In this document: positions 9,718-19,551 of the stretch, one piece after another
Numbering within the stretch: the stretch's first letter is position 1
Layout: each line of letters opens with the position of its first letter
NCBI GenBank assembly: GCA_023246755.1
Contig: JAHFHU010000003.1
Coordinates: 3,854-67,853, forward strand
From: Candidatus Magasanikiibacteriota bacterium
Lineage (GTDB): Bacteria; Patescibacteriota; Patescibacteriia; Magasanikbacterales; 2-02-FULL-50-9b
Length of the DNA stretch: 64,000 bases
Direction of reading: 5' to 3'
Translations under genes and position numbers: made by a program
The notes under the pieces: generated by a model
What the model saw: only the letters and a program-made list of their open reading frames with translations
What the model was told of the DNA's origin: nothing
The model's database searches: none

Positions 9718-10180
9718 AAATAGAACTGAAATTATAATAGCACATTCTCGCAAATTTTTCCTGTGGATATGTTTTTTGAGATCAAATTTTTTTATGCGAT
9801 TTAATTATTTTAAAATTTTGAATCGTCATATCTCGAAGCTCGAAGGTGTCCCCTATGCAGAGGAGCTTTCTGCGCGAGTTGCTCACATCGGTGAAGATTC
9901 ACGCGCCGCGACACGCGAGCGTGAGGAATTGGCGTTGACGAGTAAGTGTACCCGTCTATGGCACCGCCTGATTTTGAGCGCGATCTTCGACCGTTCGGTA
10001 GTCTAGAATCGCTAACCGCCTTTGATTTGAAGGCGAAGTTTTAGCAGAATCATCGGGAGCAAAGTGCGCGTCATGGATACGTGGCACTTTTGTGAAGGCG
10101 TGTGATGTTGCGGTGGCACTCAACTTTTTTGTCGGCATGAACTTGATGCGGACGGAAAGGATTGGGTGCTTTTTTATCGC

Positions 10181-10234
10181 TACAAAAATGTTTAACAATT
10201 ACGCTCAAAATGTTTAACATTTTTGTATCACACA
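10181..10234. repeat. 54-bp dispersed element, copy 1
   Basis: 51/54 identical to 57225..57278; contains two AAAATGTTTAACA units. Confidence 0.9.
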
Positions 10235-10391
10235 AAAAGAATGTTGCTGCCATCAGATGGGACTCGCCGACTCGCAAAGTGCTCGTCGGCCGGAGCAGTC
10301 GGAATGCGCCCCGCGCGTTTCTTGGTGCTCTTCTTGTCCCTTCCAGTCCGCCGGAAAAGAAAAAAGGCACCCAGCAGGGTGTCTTTTTTCA

Positions 10392-10468
10392 TGGCGGACT
10401 GGAAGGGACTCGAACCCTCGACCTTCCGCGTGACAGGCGGACGTTCTAACCAGCTGAACTACCAGTCC
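10392..10468 (-). tRNA. tRNA-Asp(GTC)
   Basis: Reverse complement is GGACTGGTAGTTCAGCTGGTTAGAACGTCCGCCTGTCACGCGGAAGGTCGAGGGTTCGAGTCCCTTCCAGTCCGCCA: cloverleaf, GTC anticodon, encoded CCA. Confidence 0.97.
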
Positions 10469-10598
10469 AAAGTGAGGGATACAACGAGCGTTCACGCTCG
10501 GTTGTCTCCCGAACGCGGACTGGTAGTTACGAGCAGCATGGCTGCGAAGTAACTAAGTCCAAGCGAGCTAGTTAGTAATTCCTCAGTTTATTTTAAAT

Positions 10599-10952
10599 TT
10601 ACGCCTTCGCCAACACCTTCTTAACCACTCCCTCAAACACTTTCGGATACTTTGACGCAAGTTCTGCGAGAACTTTACGATTCAAAACAATGCCGGACTT
10701 CTTCAAGGCGTCCGTGAATTTTGAATAAGACATTCCGTATTCGCGAACCGCCGCATTGATGACAATGTGCCAACCGCCGCGGGCGACCGCTTTTTTCTTG
10801 CGACGATCCTGCATCGAATTAACACCCGAATGCAAAATTGCTTCTTTTGCAACTTTGACACGGTTTTTGCGGCCCCACATGAAGCCTTTGGTATTTTTGA
10901 GCAATTTTGCGCGCTTCTGGGCGCGAACTGTTCCTCGTTTAACGCGTGGCAT
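10599..10952 (-). CDS. rplT: 50S ribosomal protein L20
   Basis: MPRVKRG..INAAVR..LNRKVLAELA. Confidence 0.97.
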   Translation of the reverse strand: MPRVKRGTVRAQKRAKLLKNTKGFMWGRKNRVKVAKEAILHSGVNSMQDRRKKKAVARGGWHIVINAAVREYGMSYSKFTDALKKSGIVLNRKVLAELASKYPKVFEGVVKKVLAKA

Positions 10953-10954
10953 AC

Positions 10955-11155
10955 TTATTTAATGTTAGACAACGAGCGCACAATCAGCTTTACGTGCGAT
11001 TTCGCCAGTGACTTGTCCGTGCGCTTGGCGCGCGTTGTGTTGCCGCTTTCACGCGCATTAAAGTGGTCCTGTCCGGCTGCGCGGTGGATTACCTTGTTCG
11101 TGCGTGTCACGCGGAAGCGCTTTGCGATCGATTTTTTTGTTTTGAGCTTCCCCAT
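10955..11155 (-). CDS. rpmI: 50S ribosomal protein L35
   Basis: KLKTKKSIAKRFRVT; lies between infC and rplT. Confidence 0.96.
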   Translation of the reverse strand: MGKLKTKKSIAKRFRVTRTNKVIHRAAGQDHFNARESGNTTRAKRTDKSLAKSHVKLIVRSLSNIK

Positions 11156-11202
11156 AGGTCAGAAATTAGTGTGCGGAGTATAGCAGCAACGGGCTACCCG
11201 CG

Positions 11203-11751
11203 TCAAGCCTTAGTCAGCAGAGCGATAATCTTGTTTTCCTGCTTGGTTGGGGCTTGTTCAACACGAAGCGGTGATTGCTTATTGAGATTCTCGATAAAAT
11301 CTTTGACAACTTTGAACGCATTTTCAACGAATTGTCGCTCGCGGCCGCGTAAAATAATTTCGACTTTGACTTTATTGCCATCCTCGAAAAAGCCTTTGGC
11401 TTGGTTGAGGCGCAGTGTTTTGTCGTGCTCGCCGATGCGGAGCGACAGCCGAACGCCCTTAACCTCGGTTTCTTTCTGTTTCTTTTTTTGAAGGCGTTCT
11501 TCTTTATCTTTTTGGTATTTAAATTGCCCGTATTCCAAAATTTTCACCACCGGCGGATTTGCTTCGGGATTAATCTCAATCAAATCAAGACCGCGTTCTT
11601 GCGCGAGTTTTTGGGCAGCTTCTGTTGACATCGTGCCGACGTGTTCGCCATTTTCATCGATCACGCGTACTTCGGGCACACGGATCATATCATTGAAGCG
11701 GACTTTGATTTTGATTGGTTCTGGCTTGAAACGCTTTCGGGCAATACGCAT
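11203..11751 (-). CDS. infC: Translation initiation factor IF-3
   Basis: NDMIRVPEVRVID..GLDLIEI..PPVVKILEYG..IGEHD..GRE. Start placed at ATG 11751. Confidence 0.96.
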   Translation of the reverse strand: MRIARKRFKPEPIKIKVRFNDMIRVPEVRVIDENGEHVGTMSTEAAQKLAQERGLDLIEINPEANPPVVKILEYGQFKYQKDKEERLQKKKQKETEVKGVRLSLRIGEHDKTLRLNQAKGFFEDGNKVKVEIILRGRERQFVENAFKVVKDFIENLNKQSPLRVEQAPTKQENKIIALLTKA

Positions 11752-11807
11752 ATATGGCAGGAGTATAGCGAATGTTTGCGTGTTATGCAAGGGGCTGGTT
11801 ATGAGAC

Positions 11808-12722
11808 TTACAAGCTAATGATCGCCGCCCCACCCAGCATCGCGATGATGGCGAAAATTTTTTGTGCGAGATGTGCGCGGCCGATTTTTTCAGTGCCGAG
11901 TTTCGGGAAAAACAACGTGAGACCAACGGCGATGAGCAAAACGAACACGGGTTGAAAACCATTGACAACTTGCGTGAGTGCGACGGGAACGGAAAGTAAT
12001 GCGAACGCCATTAACCGATTCCCCGCGCTATCGATGAGCGAGCTTGCAAAGTCGATAAGGAAAAATCGCGCGGTGTTTGCGCGGAAAATTTGGAAAAATT
12101 GTTCACGATATTTTGGCACGCACACAAATAGGAGGATGCTGAATCCGAGTGAGCCAAAAAATTGCCAGAGCGTTGCGGTCCAATAATCTGCGGTTGCGAC
12201 GGCGCCAATTTTGAAAAAAAGCCATGTGCACGCGATAAGAAACGACGCGACGAGCATGAGGCCGAGAACGGACATTTTTATTTTTTTTCGACGTGCGCCG
12301 AAATCAATCGACAGAAAAATTGCGGCTGCGACAATGATGATACTGCCGATGAGTTGTTGGCGCGACAATGTTTCGCCGAGCAGAAAAAATCCGATGAGAA
12401 ATGTAAACACCGGGATCGTTTGCCAGATCGGCACGACGTTTGAGGTTTCGTCACGCTCGAGTGCGTGGAGATAGAGCAGCACCGCGATGGTGTAAAGCGC
12501 GCCGCTTGCGAGAAGAACACCTGCGGCGTGTGCATCGAGCAACAGCGTGGCGGGTTTGAAAAAAATGATGAGTGGAATGAAGATGGCGAAGTCGAGCGCG
12601 GCGAACAGTACGTAACCGCCGGCGCCACCACCGACAAAATATTTCGATAACAAAAATTTTTCGATGTGATTCGTGATGCTCCAACAGAGTGATGCCAAAA
12701 GCGCGATGAAAATCCAGTGCAT
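11808..12722 (-). CDS. EamA/DMT family transporter
   Basis: About 10 TM helices, FFLLGETL motif. Start placed at MHWIF (12722); the longer ORF overlaps the DedA gene. Confidence 0.85.
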   Translation of the reverse strand: MHWIFIALLASLCWSITNHIEKFLLSKYFVGGGAGGYVLFAALDFAIFIPLIIFFKPATLLLDAHAAGVLLASGALYTIAVLLYLHALERDETSNVVPIWQTIPVFTFLIGFFLLGETLSRQQLIGSIIIVAAAIFLSIDFGARRKKIKMSVLGLMLVASFLIACTWLFFKIGAVATADYWTATLWQFFGSLGFSILLFVCVPKYREQFFQIFRANTARFFLIDFASSLIDSAGNRLMAFALLSVPVALTQVVNGFQPVFVLLIAVGLTLFFPKLGTEKIGRAHLAQKIFAIIAMLGGAAIISL

Positions 12723-12800
12723 AGTTTTTAGTATAACAAAAAATCGATGATCGTGTGCGTGGAGTTGTGTAAGATTGAATAATTCGCTACACTTCTTTTT

Positions 12801-13433
12801 ATGCTCGACATCATCACACTCATCAAAGCGGGCGGCTATATCACCGTTGGCGGATTCGTATTCGCCGAATCGGGCATACTTGTCGGATTTTTTCTGCCGG
12901 GCGACAGCCTTTTGTTCACCGCAGGGTTTCTTGCCTCGCAAGGATACCTCAACATCGGAATTTTGGTTGCCGTTACGTTTGTGTGCGCACTTGTCGGTGA
13001 TAGCGTTGGATATGCATTTGGTAAACGGCTTGGCCCGCGTATTTTCACTCGCGAAGATTCGATTTTTTTCGACAAACAACACGTCCAACGGGCGGAAGCG
13101 TTTTATCAAAAACATGGCGGCAAAGCAATCACACTCGCGCGTTTCATTCCGGTTGTGCGGACATTCGCGCCCGTCGTCGCGGGTGTTGGTCATATGCCGT
13201 ATCGAACATTTTTGTTTTATAATTTTATCGGCGCGCTTGTGTGGGGCGTGGGACTGCCGATCATCGGATATTTTGCCGGTTCGTACATTCCAAATATTGA
13301 TGAATATTTATTGCCGGTGATTCTCGGCATCGTGTTCATATCAATTTCGCCCGCGATTTTTCATTTGGTCAGACACAAAAATGATCGCGCGCAGTTGATC
13401 GCGAAAGTCCGTGCGATTTTTTCGAAAAAATAA
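12801..13433 (+). CDS. DedA/VTT family membrane protein
   Basis: FAESGILVGFFLPGDSLLFTAG..ARFIPVVRTFAP. Confidence 0.95.
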   Translation: MLDIITLIKAGGYITVGGFVFAESGILVGFFLPGDSLLFTAGFLASQGYLNIGILVAVTFVCALVGDSVGYAFGKRLGPRIFTREDSIFFDKQHVQRAEAFYQKHGGKAITLARFIPVVRTFAPVVAGVGHMPYRTFLFYNFIGALVWGVGLPIIGYFAGSYIPNIDEYLLPVILGIVFISISPAIFHLVRHKNDRAQLIAKVRAIFSKK

Positions 13434-13436
13434 AAT

Positions 13437-14213
13437 ATGCAGTCATCAAATAAATCAACGTCATGGGGTGGAGTTGCTGATTGGTATGACGGTGTTGTTG
13501 AGCATCAAGATTCATATCAAAAAACGGTGGTGCTCCCCAATTTATTGCGGATGATGAAAATTAAGTCGGGCGATCGGATTTTTGATATCGCGTGCGGTCA
13601 GGGATTTTTTGCCCGAGCGTTTGCATCGGCGGGTGCGCATGTTGTCGCGTCGGATATTTCGTCGGAACTCATTGCGATTGCGCAAAAAAGTTCGGCATCC
13701 GAGATTGATTTTCACGTAGCGTCGGCAAATGAGTGCGAATTTATTGCGGCCGAATCCATCGATACGATTACGATTATTTTGGCGTTGCAAAATATCGAAC
13801 GCGTTGCGCCGGTTATGAGTGCGGCGGTGCGCGCGCTGAGGCACGGTGGAAAAATGTTTTTGGTTTTGAATCATCCGGTGTTTCGCAATCCGGGAAAATC
13901 TGCGTGGGGGTGGGATGAAAAAACGCGCACGCAATTTCGTCGCGTTGATGAATATTTGACCGAGAAAAAACAGGCGATGCAGATGCACCCGGGCGCGGAT
14001 CCAACGAACGTGACTTTTTCGTTTCATCGACCGCTGCAATTATATGTTAAGCATCTTGCGCGTGTTGGCTGTGCGGTGACGGCGCTCGAAGAGTGGGTTT
14101 CGGATCGCGTATCAACCAAGGGCGCGCGTTCGGCGGCGGAAAATAAATCGCGCGCGGAGATCCCGCTTTTTATGTGTATCGAGGCGACGAAACTATTTGA
14201 AAAACAAAAATAA
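13437..14213 (+). CDS. Class I SAM-dependent methyltransferase
   Basis: IFDIACGQG motif I; LNHP.F motif. Confidence 0.9.
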   Translation: MQSSNKSTSWGGVADWYDGVVEHQDSYQKTVVLPNLLRMMKIKSGDRIFDIACGQGFFARAFASAGAHVVASDISSELIAIAQKSSASEIDFHVASANECEFIAAESIDTITIILALQNIERVAPVMSAAVRALRHGGKMFLVLNHPVFRNPGKSAWGWDEKTRTQFRRVDEYLTEKKQAMQMHPGADPTNVTFSFHRPLQLYVKHLARVGCAVTALEEWVSDRVSTKGARSAAENKSRAEIPLFMCIEATKLFEKQK

Positions 14214-14275
14214 AAAACCCCAGAGCCGATCCGCGAGAAGTTGCGCGCGAGATCGGGTGGGGGATTTTGGTTTGA

Positions 14276-14953
14276 TTAGATCATGCGGGCAACGAATTGC
14301 CGACCGTGACCGAGTTCAATGTTGATGGGAACGCCTGCCGCGCACAGGGGGCAACTCGCCGCGTCGTATGCGGTGAGCGGCGTTGTGACGAGTGGACTGA
14401 AGCGGATGTCCTGTTTCGCGAAATCGTCGTGCGTCAATGGCCCGCGGTTGCAAATCGCATGCACGCTTACCACGGTGCCGCCGTTTTCCTTCACGAGATC
14501 GATGAGACGCAGCACGGTTTTTCCCGTGTTTACGATGTCTTCGACGATCACCACCCTTTTTCCGGCAACGAGCTTGTCAAAGCCGCGTTTGAGCATGATT
14601 TGCTCGACGCGGACGACACGATCGTTTTCCATGCGGAAACTTACGTCGTTGTCGGCAAACAGCGAAAGCGGCTTGTTTTTTTTGCGGGCATGCATCGAGA
14701 TTTCTTGCGCGACGATTGGAGACATCATCGCGCCAACGACCGCCGCTCCAAGAACGATGTCGGGGTCATCTTTTAATGCGTTGGATGCGATCCACCAACA
14801 CAATTGTGTGAAATCGTTCGGGTGCTGCGTGATTGCGGTTTTGTCAATGTACTCGGCGCCGTGTTTGCCGCTCGTATAAACAAAGTGGCTGTTCGTGACG
14901 ACGGCGCCGAGGCGGCTGAGCATCTCGAGCACCTGTATCTCGATATTCTTCAT
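14276..14953 (-). CDS. pyrE: Orotate phosphoribosyltransferase
   Basis: HFVYTSGKH..YIDK; PRPP motif VVIVEDIVNTG; C-terminal CPLC; adjacent to pyrF. Confidence 0.85.
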   Translation of the reverse strand: MKNIEIQVLEMLSRLGAVVTNSHFVYTSGKHGAEYIDKTAITQHPNDFTQLCWWIASNALKDDPDIVLGAAVVGAMMSPIVAQEISMHARKKNKPLSLFADNDVSFRMENDRVVRVEQIMLKRGFDKLVAGKRVVIVEDIVNTGKTVLRLIDLVKENGGTVVSVHAICNRGPLTHDDFAKQDIRFSPLVTTPLTAYDAASCPLCAAGVPINIELGHGRQFVARMI

Positions 14954-14965
14954 GAGAACCCCTTT

Positions 14966-15814
14966 TTACAGACCGCGGATGCGATCGATTTCTTTGTTGA
15001 ACTGCATGAGCCGTGACCGTGCCGCCGTGGCGTAGTCGTTCTCACGCGATGCGTGGATGATGCCGCTGGCGTTGACCGGCAACACGCCGGTGCGCCGCTC
15101 GGTCCAGCCTTCGTGAAGCGCTGGTTCTGCAACGGCACCCTGCGATCCAAAGCCGGGCATGAGGATCGGCATGTAAGCAGCTTGGCTGCGCGCAAGCCGA
15201 AGATTTTGTGCGGTGCAATTGCCACCGATCACCAGTCCACAGTTGCCGTTGTAATTCCATTTTCTGCGAACCGTTGATGCAACTGCTTGCCACCATGTCG
15301 GGAAATCGCCATCACTGAGGCATTGAAATTCTTCGCCGCCTGCGTTACTTGTGCGGCAGACAACGAAAATGCCTTTGTTCGCGCGTTTGAGAAATGGTTC
15401 CATCGCCTCGTGCCCGTGCCACGCGTGGACCGTGATCGCGTCTGCGCCGAGCTCGTCGAACAAGAAATCGGCGTATTGTGCGTTCGTGTTGCCGATGTCT
15501 GCAACCTTGCAGTCAACGATAATCGGTACATCGGGGGCAACTTCTTTGATGTAGGCGACGGTGTTTTTGAGGATATGGAGCCGCGACAGATAAAACGCCC
15601 AGTTGAGTTTGTACGAACCGACCTGATCGTGCGTTGCGGTGATTATTGCCTCAAGGAAATTCGTGTACGCGAAATTGAGGCTCGATTCGTTCACGTGATC
15701 ATCGTATCTGAGTGGCATTTTTGCCCGATCCGGATCGAGTCCAAGGCAGGTGATGAGGCCCGTTGCCTCGCGTGCGTGCCACAATTTCATGAAGTTTCGT
15801 TGCTGATTCGGCAT
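14966..15814 (-). CDS. pyrF: Orotidine-5'-phosphate decarboxylase
   Basis: CLGLDP, YKLN, DCKVADIGNT, CRTSN, ILMPGFGSQG. Start placed at ATG 15814 after a GGAG site. Confidence 0.92.
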   Translation of the reverse strand: MPNQQRNFMKLWHAREATGLITCLGLDPDRAKMPLRYDDHVNESSLNFAYTNFLEAIITATHDQVGSYKLNWAFYLSRLHILKNTVAYIKEVAPDVPIIVDCKVADIGNTNAQYADFLFDELGADAITVHAWHGHEAMEPFLKRANKGIFVVCRTSNAGGEEFQCLSDGDFPTWWQAVASTVRRKWNYNGNCGLVIGGNCTAQNLRLARSQAAYMPILMPGFGSQGAVAEPALHEGWTERRTGVLPVNASGIIHASRENDYATAARSRLMQFNKEIDRIRGL

Positions 15815-15978
15815 GATTTTTCTCCAAAGAACCATTATGTGCAAACCACGATAGTTTGCAGCTGGGGCGGATTTTAACACGGATTTTTTCGTAGAGCAAA
15901 TTCGGATAATAAAAAGCGGCCACTGCATGTGCGTTTGATTGCACACACGGTGGCCGCGGGTTGAGCAGTTGGGCCTTT

Positions 15979-16290
15979 TTAGCCGCCGCGGATCACGTTT
16001 ACGCCGAGTCGTATCGTTGTGATTCCGTAGTGGAGCGGCGCGGCTGCGTTGACGATTGCGTCGCTGACGAGATCGCCGAGCGCGAGTGCGCTGTCTACGA
16101 TGTTTGTAGTACTCTCAGTTTCTTTATGAATCGCGTGGTTTTTTTCCCGCTTGAGCGCCGAGATGACGCTGAGCGGAATTGAGATGCCGAGCATCGGGGC
16201 CGTTGCGACGGTGATCGCCGCGCCGACACCGATGATCGTTCCGCCGATGTTGATGCGAATGATGGCGGATGGGATGGTAAAAAGTGACAC
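15979..16290 (-). CDS. Small hydrophobic hypothetical protein
   Basis: GTG start preceded by GGAGG; 103 aa. Confidence 0.5.
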   Translation of the reverse strand: MSLFTIPSAIIRINIGGTIIGVGAAITVATAPMLGISIPLSVISALKREKNHAIHKETESTTNIVDSALALGDLVSDAIVNAAAPLHYGITTIRLGVNVIRGG

Positions 16291-16343
16291 GAGCTGCCTC
16301 CGAAGTTATTGAGACTTTTTTATAGCACGCGGAATTTTTTCTG

Positions 16344-16592
16344 TCAATCGTGCATGCTGTTGGCGGGTTCGACGGTGATGTCAGCGCGACCTGCGTACCA
16401 GAATGGCCGATTCGCGCAATCGAAGCCACACCCGAGTTCGGTTCCGACACCCTCATGTTCTTGGTCTGGATCAGGTTCGCCGCACGCGGGGCAGAGATAC
16501 GTGCCGTACGCGTCGCGAAATGTCGGCTCGCTGTAGCCAATGCCCTCGGTGGACGCGTCGGCGTGGCGATTTGGGTTGTAATTGTGGGCCAT
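16344..16592 (-). CDS. Small hypothetical protein with CPACG..CGFDC Zn-ribbon-like motif
   Basis: ATG at 16592 preceded by GGAG; 82 aa. Confidence 0.5.
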   Translation of the reverse strand: MAHNYNPNRHADASTEGIGYSEPTFRDAYGTYLCPACGEPDPDQEHEGVGTELGCGFDCANRPFWYAGRADITVEPANSMHD

Positions 16593-16775
16593 GGTGTTTG
16601 ACTCCGTGTTTGAGGTGACTGTCCTGCAGTATGCCCGTGTGTTTGGGGGAATGTCAATGGTGTAAACAAAAAAGCTTGAAGCAACATATAAATAAAAGCT
16701 AGCCAACACGGAAGAACTAAAAAATCTGTTCTCAAAAAGGCCTTTGGCGGGGAGCTGTGACTTTGTATAGATTGA

Positions 16776-16810
16776 TTGACTGAATAGATACAAACTGCTA
16801 TAGTTTGTAT
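16776..16810 (+). promoter_or_regulatory. Sigma70 promoter of the Fic gene with an overlapping palindromic operator
   Basis: TTGACT(16776)-17 nt-TATAGT(16799); inverted repeat ATACAAACT-gctat-AGTTTGTAT at 16788-16810. Confidence 0.7.
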
Positions 16811-16824
16811 ACATCGTAAAAAAT

Positions 16825-17997
16825 ATGGAAACAAACCGTATAAAATCACTTCAGATTGGCAGAAATATAGAGCAAAAAGAAGGTTTTAAGGCCTTTGTTC
16901 CTCATCATTTTCCCCCAAAGGAAGGTTTTGACTTTGATCCAAAAATTTTGAAAAAGAATAATGAAGCGACGCGCCTACTTGGTAAGCTCGACGGTATTAC
17001 CAAGCTTCTTCCGGACGCTGACTTTTTTTTGCTCATGTATTTAAGAAAAGATGCGACGTCCTCCAGTCAGATCGAAGGAACGATGGCAACGATGATTGAT
17101 GCAATTGAAGCCGAAGTGCAAGTCAGTGAGCATATTCCAGAAGATGTAGATGATATTTTGCATTACATTACGGCACTCAATTACGGCATCAAGCGAGTGA
17201 CGTCGGATAATTTTCCGATGGCACTCCGCTTTGTGCGGGAACTCCATCAAAAATTAATGCATACGGCGCGAGCTACGCATTTTTCTGATCCCGGAGAATT
17301 CAGAAAATCACAAAATTGGATCGGCGGCACGCGTCCGGGCAACGCGCGATTTGTTCCGCCGCCCGTTAGCGAGATGCATACATCTCTCAATGATCTTGAA
17401 TTATTCATGCATGCTGATGACACAACTCCAACGGTCATTAAGGCGGGGCTCATCCATGCTCAGTTTGAAACGATTCACCCATTTTTAGATGGAAACGGAA
17501 GAACAGGACGCATGTTGATCACGTTTTATTTGTGGAAAGAAGGTTTCTTGGAAAAACCTGTTTTATTTTTGTCGTCTTATTTTAAAAAACATCAAAAATT
17601 GTATTACGAAAAATTGTCTGGATATCACAGTGATGATGCCAAGATTGCTGAATGGGTTGAATTTTTTTTGGATGGTGTGATTGAAATTGCTAATGAAGCT
17701 ATTGCCATCGTTGATAAGATTAGTGTTTTGCGCGAAAAGGATATGGAAAAAGTTCAATCACTCGGCAAGCGAGCTTCGGAAAGTGCGATCATGGTTTTGC
17801 CGAAGCTGTACGGTCAGCCAATTGTTAATAATGCTTTAATCCAGAAATGGACAGGCTTCACTCGTGCGGGGGCGCAAACGGTGATTGATCGATTTATTGC
17901 GTTAGGAATCCTTTCTCCGAAAGATAAGGATAAAAAATATGGTCAATCATACATCTACAAAAAGTATGTTGCGATTTTTGTAGATACGGATCATTGA
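16825..17997 (+). CDS. Fic family protein (Fic_N plus Fic plus C-terminal wHTH)
   Basis: HPFLDGNGRTGR Fic motif; inhibitory-type SSQIEG motif. Confidence 0.95.
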   Translation: METNRIKSLQIGRNIEQKEGFKAFVPHHFPPKEGFDFDPKILKKNNEATRLLGKLDGITKLLPDADFFLLMYLRKDATSSSQIEGTMATMIDAIEAEVQVSEHIPEDVDDILHYITALNYGIKRVTSDNFPMALRFVRELHQKLMHTARATHFSDPGEFRKSQNWIGGTRPGNARFVPPPVSEMHTSLNDLELFMHADDTTPTVIKAGLIHAQFETIHPFLDGNGRTGRMLITFYLWKEGFLEKPVLFLSSYFKKHQKLYYEKLSGYHSDDAKIAEWVEFFLDGVIEIANEAIAIVDKISVLREKDMEKVQSLGKRASESAIMVLPKLYGQPIVNNALIQKWTGFTRAGAQTVIDRFIALGILSPKDKDKKYGQSYIYKKYVAIFVDTDH

Positions 17998-18201
17998 TCG
18001 AATTTACCGTAGCCCGAGGTTCGGGCCCGTACACGTCTCGCGCTATCTGGCGCGCGAAGGTAACCAGGGAAATCTGCTGGGAACCGTATGTCGTGGCGGA
18101 CTAACCAGAAGTGGTTGGGAGATTTCATTCACGGAGCGCGATCGGCTGATTGCGCGCTCACGGTGGATTTAATCTCTCAGCCACTTTTATTTTGGAAACA
18201 T

Positions 18202-18656
18202 ATGGAACAGAAAACAGAGGCGCACGTATTCACGCAGGCCGAGGAGCTCGTGCGTACGCGCCGTTTCATGTGCGCGATTTGCTCGTGGAGCATGGATATG
18301 GTCCCGAGGTGTGTCTTGCGGGGCTGCTGCACGACATTGTCGAGGATGGCGGTGTGTCGCTGGGTGAGCTGCGCGCGGCAGGATTTGGTGAGCGCGTCGT
18401 GGAGCTCGTTGATTTGTGCACGCATGACGCGTCGATTGAGGGGAATGATGCGCGATGGATTGTTATGATGGCGCGGCTGGTGCAGGCAGGCGACAGTGAC
18501 GCGTGGGCGATTAAGGTGGCGGATCTGGCGGATAATTTGCGGGATAGTGGGACGATGGAGGAGGGGCGGAGGAAGTGGATGTGGGAGGTTAAGAGGCCGA
18601 TGATGGGGAGGGTGGCGAAGGGGGCTAATGAGGAGCTGCTGAAGTTATTGGGTTGA
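18202..18656 (+). pseudogene. HD-domain hydrolase (RelA/SpoT HD, Mesh1-like), frameshifted near the 5' end
   Basis: MEQKTEAHVFTQAEELVRTR starts at ATG 18202 in one frame, while AGLLHDIVED..IKVADLADNL lies in another frame. The conserved N-terminal RK..PY..H segment is missing. Confidence 0.7.
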
Positions 18657-18698
18657 TGTGACATTCTTTGTGAATTGTAGTAAGATCCCACTATATTT

Positions 18699-19532
18699 AT
18701 GAGTAGTCACGCCTTACAATTGCTTCTTCCGAGCGGTGACCCAAACGGGCTTAAGGTTATCAGTCTGAGCGGGTGGGCAGGGAAGTGTTTTATAGTTCCA
18801 CGTACTAATTTAAAACAGCTTAAGGATCGTATTGAAATTGATAAACCAGGGTTATATTTTTTATTTGGTCCTCGTGAGGAGGCTCCTCGGGTATATATTG
18901 GTGAGTCAGAGAGTTTTTATTCACGCATTATAAATCACGACATAAATAAAGATTTTTGGGAGACAGTGCTGATTTTTACCGGCGAGCTTAATCGTGCCGA
19001 TGTAAAATATCTTGAATTTAAAGCGACAACTTTTGCAAAAGAGTCTGCACGTTATTCTGTTGAAAATAAAGTACAGCCACAGGAAAATTCGCTTTCAGAA
19101 TTTGATAAAATTAAGGTTGAACATTTTTTTGAAAATGCGCGTCTTATTTTGCGCACATTTGGCTATGAAATTTTTGAGAAAGCTGCAGAGTCGTTTGCGG
19201 ATAGAGAGTTGTATTATTTAAAGGGTGAATTTTTTGATGCACGTGCGCGAATTTTGGAGGATGGTAGCTTGTTAGTTTTAAAAGGTTCCTTTGCACGCGC
19301 TCGTGAAACGTCATCATTTGATGGTTGGGCGAAGCTTGCACGAGAAGGGTTTTTGGTATCTGGTAAACTAGAGCCAGCTGTAAATCATTACGAATCTTAT
19401 GAATTTATGGAAGATGTAATTTTCAAAAGCCCTAGTGCTGCCGCAGCAACAATTGCGGGCCGCTCTATAAATGGTTGGACAGCATGGAAAAATGAGAAAG
19501 GTATAACGCTGGATGAAAATTTAAGAAAATAA
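18699..19532 (+). CDS. GIY-YIG nuclease with C-terminal DUF4357-like domain
   Basis: GLYFLFG..VYIGESE..YLE; C-terminal FKSPSAAA..GRSINGWTAWK. Confidence 0.85.
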   Translation: MSSHALQLLLPSGDPNGLKVISLSGWAGKCFIVPRTNLKQLKDRIEIDKPGLYFLFGPREEAPRVYIGESESFYSRIINHDINKDFWETVLIFTGELNRADVKYLEFKATTFAKESARYSVENKVQPQENSLSEFDKIKVEHFFENARLILRTFGYEIFEKAAESFADRELYYLKGEFFDARARILEDGSLLVLKGSFARARETSSFDGWAKLAREGFLVSGKLEPAVNHYESYEFMEDVIFKSPSAAAATIAGRSINGWTAWKNEKGITLDENLRK

Positions 19533-19551
19533 AAAGCAGTTTGATAATTAT

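Noticed and set aside
9780-10180. Short ORFs on both strands between the surface cluster and the tRNA
   Set aside because: No recognisable motifs or clear start signals. This is probably a decayed remnant and cannot be supported as a gene.
12723-13193. N-terminal extension of the EamA ORF (461 aa)
   Set aside because: It is antisense to the well-conserved DedA gene. The true start is most likely 12722.
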